Assembly (NCBI GenBank): GCA_950097015.1
Contig: CATNEN010000001.1
Location: forward strand, 992,001-1,056,000
DNA: 64,000 nt
Source of the DNA: Macrostomum hystrix
Lineage: Eukaryota > Animalia > Platyhelminthes
Reading direction: 5' to 3'
Under the pieces are notes generated by a model, which did not search any database, was not told the DNA's origin, and was given only the letters and a program-made list of their open reading frames with translations. Positions 48,550-61,001 of this stretch are shown piece by piece. The position numbers and the translations under genes are program-made. Every line of letters begins with the position of its first letter. Position 1 is the stretch's first letter.

Positions 48550-49490
48550 GTATTTTCGCGAAAATACCGATATGCTCTATAAACAAAGGTAAGGGCAGTA
48601 TTTTTGCAAAAGTTCTTGAAGTAGTGTGTGTGGCTACATATTATGGTATTTTCGCGAAAATACTGCTATGCTATTAAACAAAGGTAGTTGACGGTATTTT
48701 TGCAAAAGTTCTTAAAGTAGTGTGCATGGCTACATCTTAAGGTATTTTCGCGAAAAGACTGCTATCCTATTAAACGCAGGTAGTAAAGGTAGTTCGCGAA
48801 AATACTGCTATGCTATTAAACAAAGGTAGTTGGCGGTATTTTTGCAAAAGTTATTAATGTAGGTTATATGCGTGGCTATATCTTATGGTATTTTCGCGAA
48901 AATACTGTTATGCTATTAAACAAAGGTAGTTGGCGGTATTTTTGCAAAAGTTCTTAAAGTAGTGTGCATGGCTACATCTTAAGGTATTTTCGCGAAAAGA
49001 CTGCTATCCTATTAAACGCAGGTAGTAAAGGTAGTTTGCGGTATTTTTGCAAAAGTTATTAAAGTAGGTAGTGTGCGTGGCTACATCTTAAGGTATTTTC
49101 GCGAAAAGACTGCTATGCTATTAAACAAAGGTAGTTGGCGGTATTTTTGCAAAAGTTATTAAAGTAGTGTGCATGGCTTTATCTTAAGGTATTTTCGCGA
49201 AAAGACTGCTATGCTATTAAACAAAGGTAGTTGGCGGTATTTTTGCAAAAGTTATTAAAGTAGTGTGCATGGCTACATCTTAAGGTATTTTCGCGAAAAG
49301 ACTGCTATGCTATTAAACAAAGGTAGTTGGCGGTATTTTTGCAAAAGTTCTTAAAGTAATGTGAATGGCTACATATTATGGTATTTTCGCGAAAATACTG
49401 CTATGCTATTAAACAAAGGTAGTTGGCGGTATTTTTGCAAAAGTTCTTAAAGTAGTGTGCATGGTTACATATTATGGTATTTTCGCGAAT
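48550..49490. repeat. Second ~97-100-bp array, about 10 units
   Basis: Same unit and orientation as 40578-42055. Confidence 0.9.
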
Positions 49491-49896
49491 GTAGATACGT
49501 ATTCTCAGACAAAGTGACTTGTACTTTTTTACCATCGACAAATTTAGTATATTTCTGCTAATTGTCAATAATCACGAATGATTTTTTCGTGTATCTTCGG
49601 CTTTTAAGAAAATGAGAATAGTTTAATCTTAGTTTAATCAGATGATAATCAAATGATTTCATTTGTTAATTTATTTAATTACTAACGAAATAATCACAGT
49701 GTTGACAATCATTAGCATCTTAACAATATAAATATATAAGAGAGCAACAAACAGAACATATGAGATTCTCGGTTGTAAAGGGACGGGTTTTAGTGGGGGT
49801 ATCACAATTGACACAATTGATAACTGATAATAGTTTGGCAAATCAGACAATCAGCACATATAAAGTCAGGTGACACGACTGGGACAATATGAGCAT

Positions 49897-52800
49897 TCAG
49901 ATGTCCAGTCTAGTTCTCGAACTGATCAGGCGCCCAGATCGCGTCCTGTATTCCGTTCGACGAACCATGAGTAGCTCAGAATCCGAGCTGGTCTCATTGT
50001 CATTGCTGACGTGCTGTTGTTCACCATCATCACCTTCTTCGTCGATATCGTCGTGAACGTTGCCTTGTCCAGCCGATGCTCCAAACATCGGCGGTTGACT
50101 AAGGCTGCGTCGTCTAGACGATGTAGACGAAATAGGCGATGGTGTTGCTGAATCGATGGCCGGCTTTGTCGACTCGGTGTTGTCCGTTGTTGAACATCTA
50201 GGACTAACCGTAGCGGGTCGCATTGTCGACATTCGAGGTCGCTTCTTGTCAGTGGCCTTGCAAATGGACGATCGTCGAGTGCGTCGCTTGCGTGTGCGTT
50301 GACTATGTGGCATCACAATGTCATCAGCAGGTAGAGGAGATGCAGCCGATGAATTGGTTGCGTCCAGATCAACGCTACAGGCGGCAGAGCGACGACGCTT
50401 CGTGTCGTTTTCGGCTGTTGGATGTCGTTGATGTCGACGATCAAGTGGCCGATTGTGACAGAATGTCTCGAAGCATCCTCTGACGTCGTCGGCGACCATC
50501 AGATTGGCCTGCTGTTTGGCCAGGCGTCCATACGCATTCACGACACAGTTGCGCGATGTGTCGTACAGAGGCACCAGCTGGTCTAGCTTGTCGGGATGCG
50601 CGTGCACATAGGCCGACAGTACATTTCGACGACCATCGCCCATGCGATAGGGCCGATCGATGACCAACTCGGCGCCCTGCTTGACAAGCGTGCTGAAACT
50701 TGTCGAGTCACGCTGCTTGCCACGATGCGTAGGAAACAGCAGACATTTGCCTGGCCTGACATGGATGTTGCACTCGGCGAAGTATGGCAATAGAAAGTTG
50801 TCTATCCATTGCAGTAGACATTCGCCGACTTTGCGTGGCGCAGTCCAGCTTGCACCTTTACCACGACCGCCCTTTTTGTGTGCCACTTCGGTAGGCGGCA
50901 GGACTGTGACAATGGTGGAGGACGTTGATACGCCGCTATTGAGTGCAGCATCCAAATAGCAACGCCGGATCGCGACCCAAGGACGTAGTCGATTGGCATG
51001 GACAATTGCTGCACAGAAGAAGGCCAGTTCACGCGTGATCGGCATAATAAATGTATTCCATTTGCCGACGACGTTGGCCATTCGACGTGCACATTGTCCA
51101 ATGCGACCCCAGTAGCCCTTCACGGGTAGATGAGACCACTGATGTTTGGCGACCATATCAATCAGGCAGTCTAGCCGGTTGTGAATGATGCGCCATTCGT
51201 CAGCGGTCAGGAACTTATCCGTGTAGGACAGCTGGCGTTCGTCATCGCGCAGGTGATAGATATTCTCTTGCCGCTGACGAATCAATCCAATGCAAGCCTG
51301 TACATGTTAAAGGGTTATGAAAGAGAAAGTACATGCAGTAGCTTCTACAATTGTTCGTGATATATCAACTAACATAGTATACAATATGCGACACAACAAC
51401 ACTGCTCACCATGATTGATTCGATGCGGCTAGTCAACAGACCAGATACTGCAGTCTGATGATAGAGAATACCATCTTTGCGCGGGTCAGGACAGGCAGGC
51501 AATTCTGACGCGGCCTTGACAATGTCGGCATGCACGTTGGCAAACAATCCATCTGGTGGCGAGGTCAATTGGAACGCGTTCATAACACTAGGAGCACCGA
51601 AGTCGTTGTTGGCTGCTAGAAACTTCTTCGCGCCGCTCAATATGTTATGAAGCTCGTTCATTCGCTGTCCAACAGTCGATGGTTTCCAGATATGGCGCTT
51701 CACCATCTCGTCCAAATCGAATTGGATGCGCGCTGGATTGATGAACCACATCTCGACTGTGACATTGATTGCGTGTAGGAGACGACTAGTTGTAGCATGA
51801 TAGTTCCGCTGGATTGCTTTCCTACGGCTAACATGCGATGCGTTCTCTTCTACACAGCAATGACCCTTGAACCAGATGTCGCCGACATTGTCTAGTTGCT
51901 TGTACATGTGTTCAGATGCAACGTGGTAGTCTGGGCCGTCGAAAACAACAAGCCGAGACTTCTTGTGCCTCCGTTGCAATACAAGCTGCTCTTTGGCCGA
52001 TCGCTCGTCGTCACTGACAGAAGCATCAGTATTTTCCACGTCAGATTTAGAGGTCTGAGTCTCTGCTTGTCGCTGACTGACAGCATTGGTGACTCCGACC
52101 GGAACATAGTCTGACGTATACTGGAGGATTGCTTCTGTCAGATTGACCAGATTCTGCAAGCCAGTACACATGCTATTAACGCGAGGATGCTCAGCGTTGT
52201 GGGCTTTCTGCAGAATCTCGTTTAGGCCGGCCGCATTCAGACGCAGTCCATTGATATATTCTGTTCGGACGAAAATGGGGTGAAAATAAAATTATGAATA
52301 CTCAGTAACTCAGTTTCCTCGAAATAATAAGTAATAGTTTATAGCACTTACCGATCATTGCCATTTCATGTTTGGCTTGGATTAAGACAGGTACGTCGCT
52401 ATAATTGCTTTGCAGTCGATCCAAGTCATTGCTGACAATCTCGGCCATGTATGAAGATTGTACTTTGGATGGACCCGGTTGCGCATGCGGGGACGTAGTT
52501 TGACGAACACCAGATGTCAAGTCACATAAACGTTTAGTTGACTGTTGCGTGATCGTCTGTTTGTTTGCAGAAGTACTCGCATACAGCTCACCTACGTCTA
52601 CTACGGCATACTGTTCGTTGTCATCCGATGAAACACTGCCGTTATCGGATACCACCGCTATGTCTTGAGCAGCCGGTAGACCCTTACACGGGCGTGCAAT
52701 GTGCCTTTTCAGATGACGCACATATTTGCCACAGTGCGGACATGGCGAAAGGACATTATCGACTCCCGCTCTTTGCAACCGGACAATCTTCCATATATTC

Positions 52801-52967
52801 ATGGCCTTGACTTCATAGGACGCAGATTCAGCTGGTCGCTTGCTTAATGGTACGCAATCCCAATCAAAAGACTCGACAAAGTCCTTGTGGTTCCGGATGA
52901 AATGCCGTCGCATATTAGAACGTAGAATCGTCATTTGACATAGGAAACAATTAGTTTGTGCGTCCAT
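49897..52967 (-). CDS. YR-A: zinc-finger plus tyrosine recombinase (exons 52967-52352, 52260-51410, 51297-49897; ~955 aa)
   Basis: Two GT-AG introns join three ORFs in frame; candidate catalytic set NRLR, HKK, LLFPTHRG, GDGRR, YDTSRNCVVNAY. Confidence 0.75.
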
Positions 52968-53559
52968 TTTACCTGCTGAATTATTATTATCTCCTGAATT
53001 GCTTATATACTGCTTATAACAGAAGAAATTTTGCAAAGATTTGCAAGCGAGCGCGCTCGGCTTCTGACTTAAGCTGCTATCGTGACCCGTACGACAGTTT
53101 AATCACATAAACTATCAATCAAGGTTTGTCTATGGCGAAATAGCATAATATTGAAGTCATAATATATTTAACGTTGCTATATTGTCTACTCATAGTAGAG
53201 TAGGTAGTTTCGAACAGCATATGAACATAAACACGAATAATTAATTGATTTCTGAGTTATGTCAACAATTTTAATCTATATGTTGAGAAAGCCTTTAAAT
53301 TATTGTTGATTATTCGAGACCTATTTTCGCGAAAGTACATATGTATTCTCAAGCGAAGGTCAATGTAGTCTTTTTGCGAAAATACTTTTGTGTCAATATG
53401 ATTACTGTTTCTGATGGTATTTTCGCGAAAAAACATGTTTCCTAAACGAAAGTAAAGGCATTATCAAAAGAAGGTAACAGCCGTATTTGAGCAAAAGTAC
53501 GTTAATAATAATAAATATTTTTCATTAGTAGTAAATTATTAGCAGATTTTTTTAATTAG

Positions 53560-53643
53560 AAAAATATGTGGTAATGACTGGGATTCGAACCCGAGCCACC
53601 GGTAACTATAAAAGAATGCTATTGACCTGCACGCCAGATCACT
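53560..53643 (-). ncRNA. tRNA-like putative Pol III unit, inverted relative to 36655-36738
   Basis: Reverse complement reads TATAAATAGCC...GTGATCTGGCGTGCAGGTC...GGTTCGAATCCCAGTCA...TTTTT. Confidence 0.6.
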
Positions 53644-54289
53644 TGTAACTGGATGGTGTGTTATCTGGCTATTTATATTGATTTTCTTTCGGATGTTGGA
53701 TTTTTAATGATTTTCGTCTGCTAATGGTAAAATCTTGAGAACTTTTCCATTTTTTTCTTACAGAATGACAAGATATATTGAGAGAATATGGAAAGTACTG
53801 CTGATAATGCGGATATATATTCAAACGAAGGTAGAACAGTATTTTAGCAAATGTACTTTAAGTGTATTACCATTGATTATACAGGGCTAGGTATTTTCGC
53901 GAAAGTACATTTTCGCGTTATACTTTTGCGAAAGAACGAAGGTAAATATGTTCTTGCGTCTATGTAAACTCGGTGCATTCGGGAAAGCACAATAAAATAG
54001 TTCAGGACAAAGAGACAAAGAGATATATTAGTACTTTCGCAAACACGACTACATGCTCCGCAGTGCCCGAGTGCGAAAAGACATAAGCTTAGCTGTTCTA
54101 ATTATAGAAATACACTACGGAGATCAAAAAAAGGTCATTTGGTATATCTGTCCGTATTTTCGTGAAATGACCACATGATCTGTTCTATTTTTAGAAATAC
54201 ACTACGGAGATCAAAAAAAAGGTCTTTCAGTCTTTTTGTGCGCAAGCCTACTGTTAGTAGTAGGTATAGCAATAGAGCTATATCGAAAA

Positions 54290-54612
54290 TTTGGCCCGGA
54301 CTTTTTTGCTCGGGAATTTTGGGTATTTTTAGCCGGACTTTTTTTCAACCAGGAACCCGGACTTTTTTTTCACATGCCCGGACTTTTTTGCTCTTTTATT
54401 TTTAGCCGGACTTTGTTGCAGCAGGACCCCGGACTTTTTTGCTCGGTTATTTTTAGCCGGACTTTTTTGCACCAGGAACTCGGACTTTTTTACCACTTTT
54501 CTGGGTGTCTCGTACTGACCTTGAGCATGGATTTCCCTTTGTACTCGAAAGTTGAGGGGTATTCCACGAGACCCCTGTAAAAAAAGTCCGGGCTTTGGAA
54601 AAAAAAGTCCGA
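54290..54612. repeat. Cluster of CCGGACTTTTTT motifs with inverted copies at the right end
   Basis: About 8 direct copies, then AAAAAAGTCCG twice; lies between duplicated blocks 53965-54140 and 54637-54806. Confidence 0.7.
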
Positions 54613-55209
54613 TGCAAATTTTGTTAGTGAGTATGCAAACTCGGTGCATTCGCGAAAGCACAATGAAATGAAATGAAAGCACTAGTGATATATATTAGTA
54701 CTTTCGCAAACACGACTACATGCTCCGCAGTGCCCGATTGCGAAAAGACAAGCTGAGCTGTTCTAATTATAGAAATACACTACGGAGATCAAAAAAAAGG
54801 TCATTCAGCCTTTTTGCGATACGCATGCATGCACTTCCTTCCGGAAGATGTTGCTTCCTATGGATTTACATTGAGGCAATCCCTTCCGGAAGATTTTGCG
54901 TCCTATTGATTTACATAGAAGCAATTCCTTCCGGAAGATTTTGCCAATGCAGTTAATATGCTAGAGCCATAGACGGTTGGGTCTGGAGTGTGGCGAAAGT
55001 ACTTTAAGTATTTGTGATGACTATATCTAATGGTAATCAATAACCAAATATGACTTGACTTCATTATATTCACGCCGCATATACAATTTGCAACAGGTTC
55101 ACTCATGTATATTTGCTTGAGCGAATTAATTGGGTCAATTAGCTGGCATTAATTAAACGGCGAACAGGAAACTACAATTAGCTGTATTAAGTCTTATAGC
55201 TAAAACTAG

Positions 55210-55247
<38 letters not shown>

Positions 55248-55249
<2 letters not shown>

Positions 55250-55511
55250 ACTGCTCCATTTGATATTGGCGACTCCGGAGCAACTCTCGCAGTCTAGCCC
55301 TTTGCTGCACGCCGCACCAGTAGTCCAGGCTGTGCAGAATGTGCTGCAGCTCCGAGCAGGAGTCCTCCAGCAGACCTAGCAGCTCGGCCAAGTCGAATGC
55401 CTCGTTCTCTGTTAGGCAGGTCGTGTCCAGGATGGTCTCGTAGCCCGCAGCTGTATTGTGTTGTAGCAGCCAGTCCAGGAGGCTCTTCAGCAGGGTGTGC
55501 AGCTGGGTGGC
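55248..55511 (-). pseudogene. 3' fragment of lineage-B ORF C
   Basis: High DNA similarity to 18540-18803. Confidence 0.8.
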
Positions 55512-55514
55512 GCA

Positions 55515-55766
55515 CTTGCCACTGACGAATCAATCCGATGCAAGCCTGTACATGTTAAAGGGTTTTTAAAGAGAAATGCATGCAGTAGCTTCTACAATTG
55601 TTCATGATATATTAGCTAACATGGTATACAACATGCGACACAACAGTACTGCTCACCATGATTGATTCGATGCGGCTAGTCAACAGACCAGATACTGCAG
55701 TCTGATGATAGAGAATACTGTCAGGACAGGCAGGCAATTCTGACGCGGCCTTGACAATGTCGGCAT
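55515..55766 (-). pseudogene. Fragment of YR-A spanning intron 2
   Basis: Matches ~51270-51530. Confidence 0.8.
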
Positions 55767-56692
55767 CTCGGCAGGCACACAAACGATGCGGCACATAGCT
55801 CACTTTCTGTTTGAGTTGCTGCATCATGGAGTCTCCGAGCTTCACGCCCCGCTTCTGGCGCCTCAGGGAAGAGAAAGTTTGGAATCTCTCCCTCAAGCAG
55901 GGTGACAGAGCTGAACAGCTGATCAGGCTCGAAAATCTCCAGTGCAGCAGAAGTAGCCATGTCGTCGGCACCAGCCTGCAGGGCTCCTCCTTGCTCATTG
56001 GCCTGAACAGCTGGTGGCGCGAGCATCAGCGACGGCGCCGATGGTCCTTCCACTCTTTCACACTGAGCCTGCAGATTCGGCCCATCGTCTCTCCGTAGCA
56101 TTTTGCCTCGAACTTCCGGCCTCCGAATGGCTGCAGCAGCAACAGTGGCGTCCGTCACAGAAGCTGTAGGACCGATCACATCAGTCTCAATGCTCTGCAG
56201 TGCAGACTGGGTAGAGTCACGCCGCAGGCGCTTTCCTCCATGTTGCGGTGCAGCATCAGCAGCAGTGCGCTTGTTCGCAGCCGCGCCTTTGCGAGTGAGG
56301 CTGCTGGGCATCAGGAAGTCATTGTCGCTGCCAGCTTCTTCCTCATCAGGTTCTGGCCGTCTATTGATTACGTCCTCGAATACCTGGGTGAACACACCAG
56401 AACGTGCAGTTGGCCGCTCATTCTCAGCCCGCTGTTTTTGCTGGTCGCGCCGCAGTTTTTCTTGTAGTTGCTTCGCAGCCCTGATGATCTTCCAGCGCTG
56501 GGCCTCCCTTTCCTTCTCCGTCGAAGGCACAATTTCGTGCTCCTTGTGCTTGGCAGGCACCTGCTTGGTCTTCACCTGCTCCACGATGCCGCACTGGCTG
56601 CAGGCAAGCCAGCGAGTAACTTGGCAGGTGTTGTTGCTATGGTGTCGCGGGGAGACACCCCCAATTGTGCATGCTTCGCAGGTCAAACACAC
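55767..56692 (-). CDS. Unassigned ORF fragment with CxxC pairs and a coiled-coil-like segment
   Basis: ~310 open codons (CEAC, CSQC); no ATG start; fused to the YR-A fragment. Confidence 0.35.
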
Positions 56693-57671
56693 CTCATAGA
56701 GGTCTTTGTGACAACTTTTAAATATTTAAAAGTTATAGTTAGCATCCCATCAGTCTATCCCTGGTGGGATGTGTATACACAGGCACTGTGTACACAGGCA
56801 CCCACCCACCCCATGCCTCCCCACCCTCCAGTCTCGGGTTGGACGCCACACCCCACCCCACCCCAATGCTTTCTTCCTATCTTATTCCTCCTCTGTTCTG
56901 AGATTGTCGGCGCCCCTCCACACTCCAAAATACACTGGCGAGATAGCCTCCTATCTCCGCAGTGTCGGCAGGGTTCTGCTAACTCCTACTTGAGGAACGA
57001 TCAAATTCCAGGATGGATAGTTATCACATCGTTATTTCATCTTTATCACAATGCATAACTTCTTATCTTGGTTATTTATTTTATAATTCCAATAATATGA
57101 ACTGACTGGTGGTTAAGTGGTGTACATGGGCGATGAGACTTACTACAAGACCGACGTAATCGTAATCGATCAGTCTGATAGATAATTTCAAGTTAAGTTT
57201 ATACCAGTTAGTTAGGTAGAAAATAAAACATTAGGAAAAACGGAGAACTTGAAAAATAGTAAATTAAGAACGACTAATAAATTATTATACGCTTGTCTCG
57301 CTAGATATGCCAAGATGCACAATTAAAACGTGCAAACTGGGTATGTGGTGCATTAAATCGTGCGTATTTTAGCATAGACATCTGCCTAGTACAGCTCGCG
57401 ATTTTTTTATTCGCATCTGCATTTTTTCTTCGAAAATACAGTCAGGCGTTTTTGGCCATAGACGCAAAAACGACTGCATACAATTCTTATAGGTTAATCA
57501 AAGTCTAACCGAGTCTGGATGTATGGCCAATTCGAAACCCGAAAAGAACTACTCTGACTGATGGACTAAAAACTTTTTTTTTGTGTGAATACAATGGCGG
57601 GATTACTAATACAATATTGTTGTGTTTAATTAACTCCTAATAAAATCTGTATTCGTATTCGATTCGATTCG

Positions 57672-58172
57672 GCCACTGTTTTTGCACATACACCAACTGT
57701 CCCTGTTGTTACTCTTGGCGCACAGACAGGAATAAAAACAGGTAGCGGCACCGGAACGAAATACGGCACCTCCACAGTTGAAATCGGCAACATCGGCATC
57801 GCAGGTGATCCGATAGGCTCACTTTGCAACATCGGCATTGATGGCGATGGTACTGGCGAGTACGATTTGATTGTTTCTGCTGCTGCTGCTTCCATTGCAG
57901 TGTGATTAAACGGAGTAGATGTACAAATTGGATGCTGTACTGATCCAATTGACACGCTGTCCCCTTGGCTCACATGTTCAGCAGGCTCGTCATAATAATT
58001 GCATTGATGATGCCTGATTTATCTGCTCTATCTTCTATGACGATGGTTTCGATAGCTGCTGGCTGCTCTGCCGCTGGCTGCTCTGCTGCTGGCTGCTCTG
58101 CTGCTGGCTGCTCTGCTGCTGGCTGCTCAGCTGCTGGCTGCTCTGCTGCTGGCTGCTCTGCTGCTGGCTGCT
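57672..58172 (-). pseudogene. Diverged internal fragment of ZF-A
   Basis: PICTSTP, VPYFVPVPLPVFIPV and EQPAA repeats. Confidence 0.8.
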
Positions 58173-58174
58173 CA

Positions 58175-58835
58175 GCTCAGTTGCTCAGTTGTTCCATTGC
58201 TCAGTTGTTCCATTGCTCAGTTGTTCCATTGCTCAGTTGTTCCATTGCTCAGTTGTTCCATTGCTCAGTTGTTCCATTGCTCAGTTGTTCCATTGCTCAG
58301 TTGTTCCATTGCTCAGTTGTTCCATTGCTCAGTTGTTCCATTGCTCAGTTGTTCCATTGCTCAGTTGTTCCATTGCTCAGTTGTTCCATTGCTCAGTTGT
58401 TCCATTGCTCAGTTGTTCCATTGCTCAGTTGTTCCATTGCTCAGTTGTTCCATTGCTCAGTTGTTCCATTGCTCAGTTGTTCCATTGCTCAGTTGTTCCA
58501 TTGCTCAGTTGTTCCATTGCTCAGTTGTTCCATTGCTCAGTTGTTCCATTGCTCAGTTGTTCCATTGCTCAGTTGTTCCATTGCTCAGTTGTTCCATTGC
58601 TCAGTTGTTCCATTGCTCAGTTGTTCCATTGCTCAGCTGTTCCATTGCTCAGTTGTTCCATTGCTCAGTTGTTCCATTGCTCAGTTGTTCCATTGCTCAG
58701 TTGTTCCATTGCTCAGTTGTTCCATTGCTCAGTTGTTCCATTGCTCAGTTGTTCCATTGCTCAGTTGTTCCATTGCTCAGTTGTTCCATTGCTCAGTTGT
58801 TCCATTGCTCAGTTGTTCCATTGCTCAGTTGTTCC
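58175..58835. repeat. 16-bp minisatellite (GCTCAGTTGTTCCATT)n, about 41 copies
   Basis: Period 16, almost invariant. Confidence 0.95.
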
Positions 58836-59548
58836 TGATCCCCGCTGGACCCCGCTGGTCCAGGCGGCCCTCAAGGGGATCCAGCGCGACATCGGCTCTG
58901 TGCCAAGGCAGGCCACAGGCCTGAGCCCCGCAGAGCTGCGACAGCTTCGCAGCCACCTGGCCGTTGGGACAGCACCCGGTGCTGCCATGTGGAGCTGCCT
59001 TCTGGTTGGTTTCTACGGGATGCTTCGCTGCGCTTATCTCTGCGTCCCATCGCTCCGTGGAGCTGGCGCCACTGGGGACTCAGCTGTGCTCACCAGCGGC
59101 GTCAGCCTGCAGCACGACGGCTTTACTGTCTCGATACGACGCAGCAAGACAAACCAGTTTTCGTGTCCGCGTTCACCAGGTGTGGATTTCGCGCCTATCT
59201 TCATCAAGCGGTGTGAGCCTGGAATGCTCTGCTCCGGCATCTGCAGATCAACGGCCCGCGAGCACTGAGCAGTCACCTGTTCGCTTTACGGCAAGGCCAG
59301 GTGCTGCTCCCGCTTTCACGCGCCTCGCTCGAGGCTGCTCAAGAAGGCTGGCGCTGCTGCCGGCCTCGACGCCCGCACTTTCTCCGCCCATTCGATGCGG
59401 TGGTGCAACGTGCTTTCTGAGCTGTGGCGCCTCACTACCAGCCGTGATGCATATCGGCGACTGGCGCAGCGAAGCCGTCCACCGCTACCTGCAGTTGCCA
59501 GCCACCGACCTCAAAGAGGTAGCACGTCGTGTTGGACGATTTTTCTGA
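58836..59548 (+). pseudogene. DIRS/Ngaro-type tyrosine recombinase, frameshifted
   Basis: LKGIQR, GFYGMLR, IRRSKTNQF, FSAHSMR/GGAT, IGDWRSEAVHRY spread across frames; ~70-bp direct repeats downstream (~59625, ~60124). Confidence 0.85.
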
Positions 59549-60576
59549 GCGTTGCTGACTGTTCTTGCTTTCCTCGCTGCGCCTCTCCCGCCTTTCACAT
59601 CGTGTTTGCCCTTGGGGTCCCGCTTGGTGCGGCATCGTCTCTTCCCCACTTGCCGCTTGCTGTTGCCTTTGCTTGTGAGCTGCGCTAGCCAGGGAATTTA
59701 TGGTCCGTAAGCGTGCACTTTTACGTGACATTTACGGGGGTCAATGACCGGCTGGCCCCCCCCGTCTCGATCTTTCTGCCTCCCTTTTGAGCGCTCTCCC
59801 CCTCAGCCTTCGCCCCTCTGCACCCACCCCCTCCCTGAGCAGCTTATATGGCTGCAATGCCTCTCTCGCTTCTGTTCGTTCCGCCTGGCAGTCGAGTAAA
59901 ATTATTTTCTTCATTTGTTGCCTTTCGTTTCCTGCTGCCTGCTCACCCGCGCGCAGGTTTGCCGCCCGCACTTTTTTCCTCTTAGTCCTGGCTCACTCGT
60001 TGTATTATGTGCTCCTACCTAGCGCCGCTTATGCCTTTATTTATTTTTTTAATGTGACGTCACAGTTGTGCTTTGACAACCAGCCGAAAACAAATCAGCA
60101 TGGACCCTCGATTTTAAGCCATCGGTGCGGCCTCGTCTTGTCTTCACTTGCCGCTTGCTGTTGCCTTTGCTTGCGAGGTGCGCTAGCCAGGAAATTAATA
60201 ACCAAATTTGTCTGTAATTGCGCAGCAACTGATCTTTTTAAGGACGGATCTGTTAAGCTGACCTTGAAGGATACGGAAACTGTGTGGGTTGTCGAAACTT
60301 TGGATGACATTGACGACTCACGAGTCCCCTTTATATACTACTAGCTTTTTTGCCCGTTGTTTTTGGGGCAGAAATTTAAAGCAAAGCAGTAAGCAATTCA
60401 CGTCTCTGTATTAACTTTATAGTGAAGGTCACCATTTATTTATTTACTGCATTAATGAAAAGTGAAGAGTTTGTTTAAGGGCGTTTTAAGTAAAAAATAA
60501 GTGAAAAGTTTGTCCAAACAGCCCCCTCTTGATTACTTCTTTAGAAACATGTCTCTTAGCCACTCCTCTATACAGT

Positions 60577-60849
60577 CAGTGGCAGATCCAGGAATTTTGT
60601 TTTGGGGCGGTCTGTCAGGGGAGCGCCATGAGAATCACAGAGGGGGTGCCAGCGGCCGAAAAAGGGCGCCAGGAGCCAAGAAAGGGCGCCAGCGGCTGAA
60701 AAACGGGAGCCAGGGCTGAAAAAGGGGCGCCAGCGGCCAAAAAGGGGCGCCAGTGCTGCGACTGGCGCCCCTGGTGGGGGCATCTTATTCCCATGATTAA
60801 AATTTTGGGGGGGGCGACTGCCCCCCGCCCCCCCCTAAATCTGCCTCTG
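60577..60849. mobile_element. hAT-type MITE nested in the Helitron
   Basis: TIRs CAGTGGCAGAT / ATCTGCCTCTG; 8-bp TSD TATACAGT. Confidence 0.85.
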
Positions 60850-61001
60850 TATACAGTATGCATGTACACGCGTATACATAAGGAAAATAGCCATGGCATA
60901 ACAATAACAATGTCAAAGAAACAAAATTAAACTGTTTCAGAGTTCAGAGTTAGACAGGTCAAGGTCAATTCGTGACTACTTTTCTATTAATTGCTTGCGA
61001 G

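Larger units (their letters stand above)
34734..54270. mobile_element. Lineage A element, apparently complete ~19.5-kb unit
   Basis: All genes intact; left end shared with copy 1; the AGAAATACACTACGGAGA..AAAAAAAGGTC block recurs in direct orientation at ~34915 and ~54105-54225; right end approximate. Confidence 0.75.

Noticed and set aside
34734-54270. Polinton/adintovirus, parvovirus or CRESS virus insertion
   Set aside because: No recognisable pPolB, packaging ATPase, protease, capsid or rve integrase, and the HUH catalytic residues appear absent; a very divergent capsid cannot be excluded by eye
1-54270. Whole cluster as an assembly artefact
   Set aside because: Copies differ by many substitutions, repeat counts, compensatory hairpin changes and a TSD-flanked LTR; individual junctions still need read support
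57965-59268. Long Cys/Leu-rich ORFs
   Set aside because: Artefacts of the stop-free 16-bp satellite; only the part after 58836 is real (recombinase relic)
58836-59548. Third copy of the element's recombinase
   Set aside because: Motifs (RSKTNQ, HSMR.GGAT, GDWRS..V.RY) are DIRS/Ngaro type and unlike YR-A/YR-B
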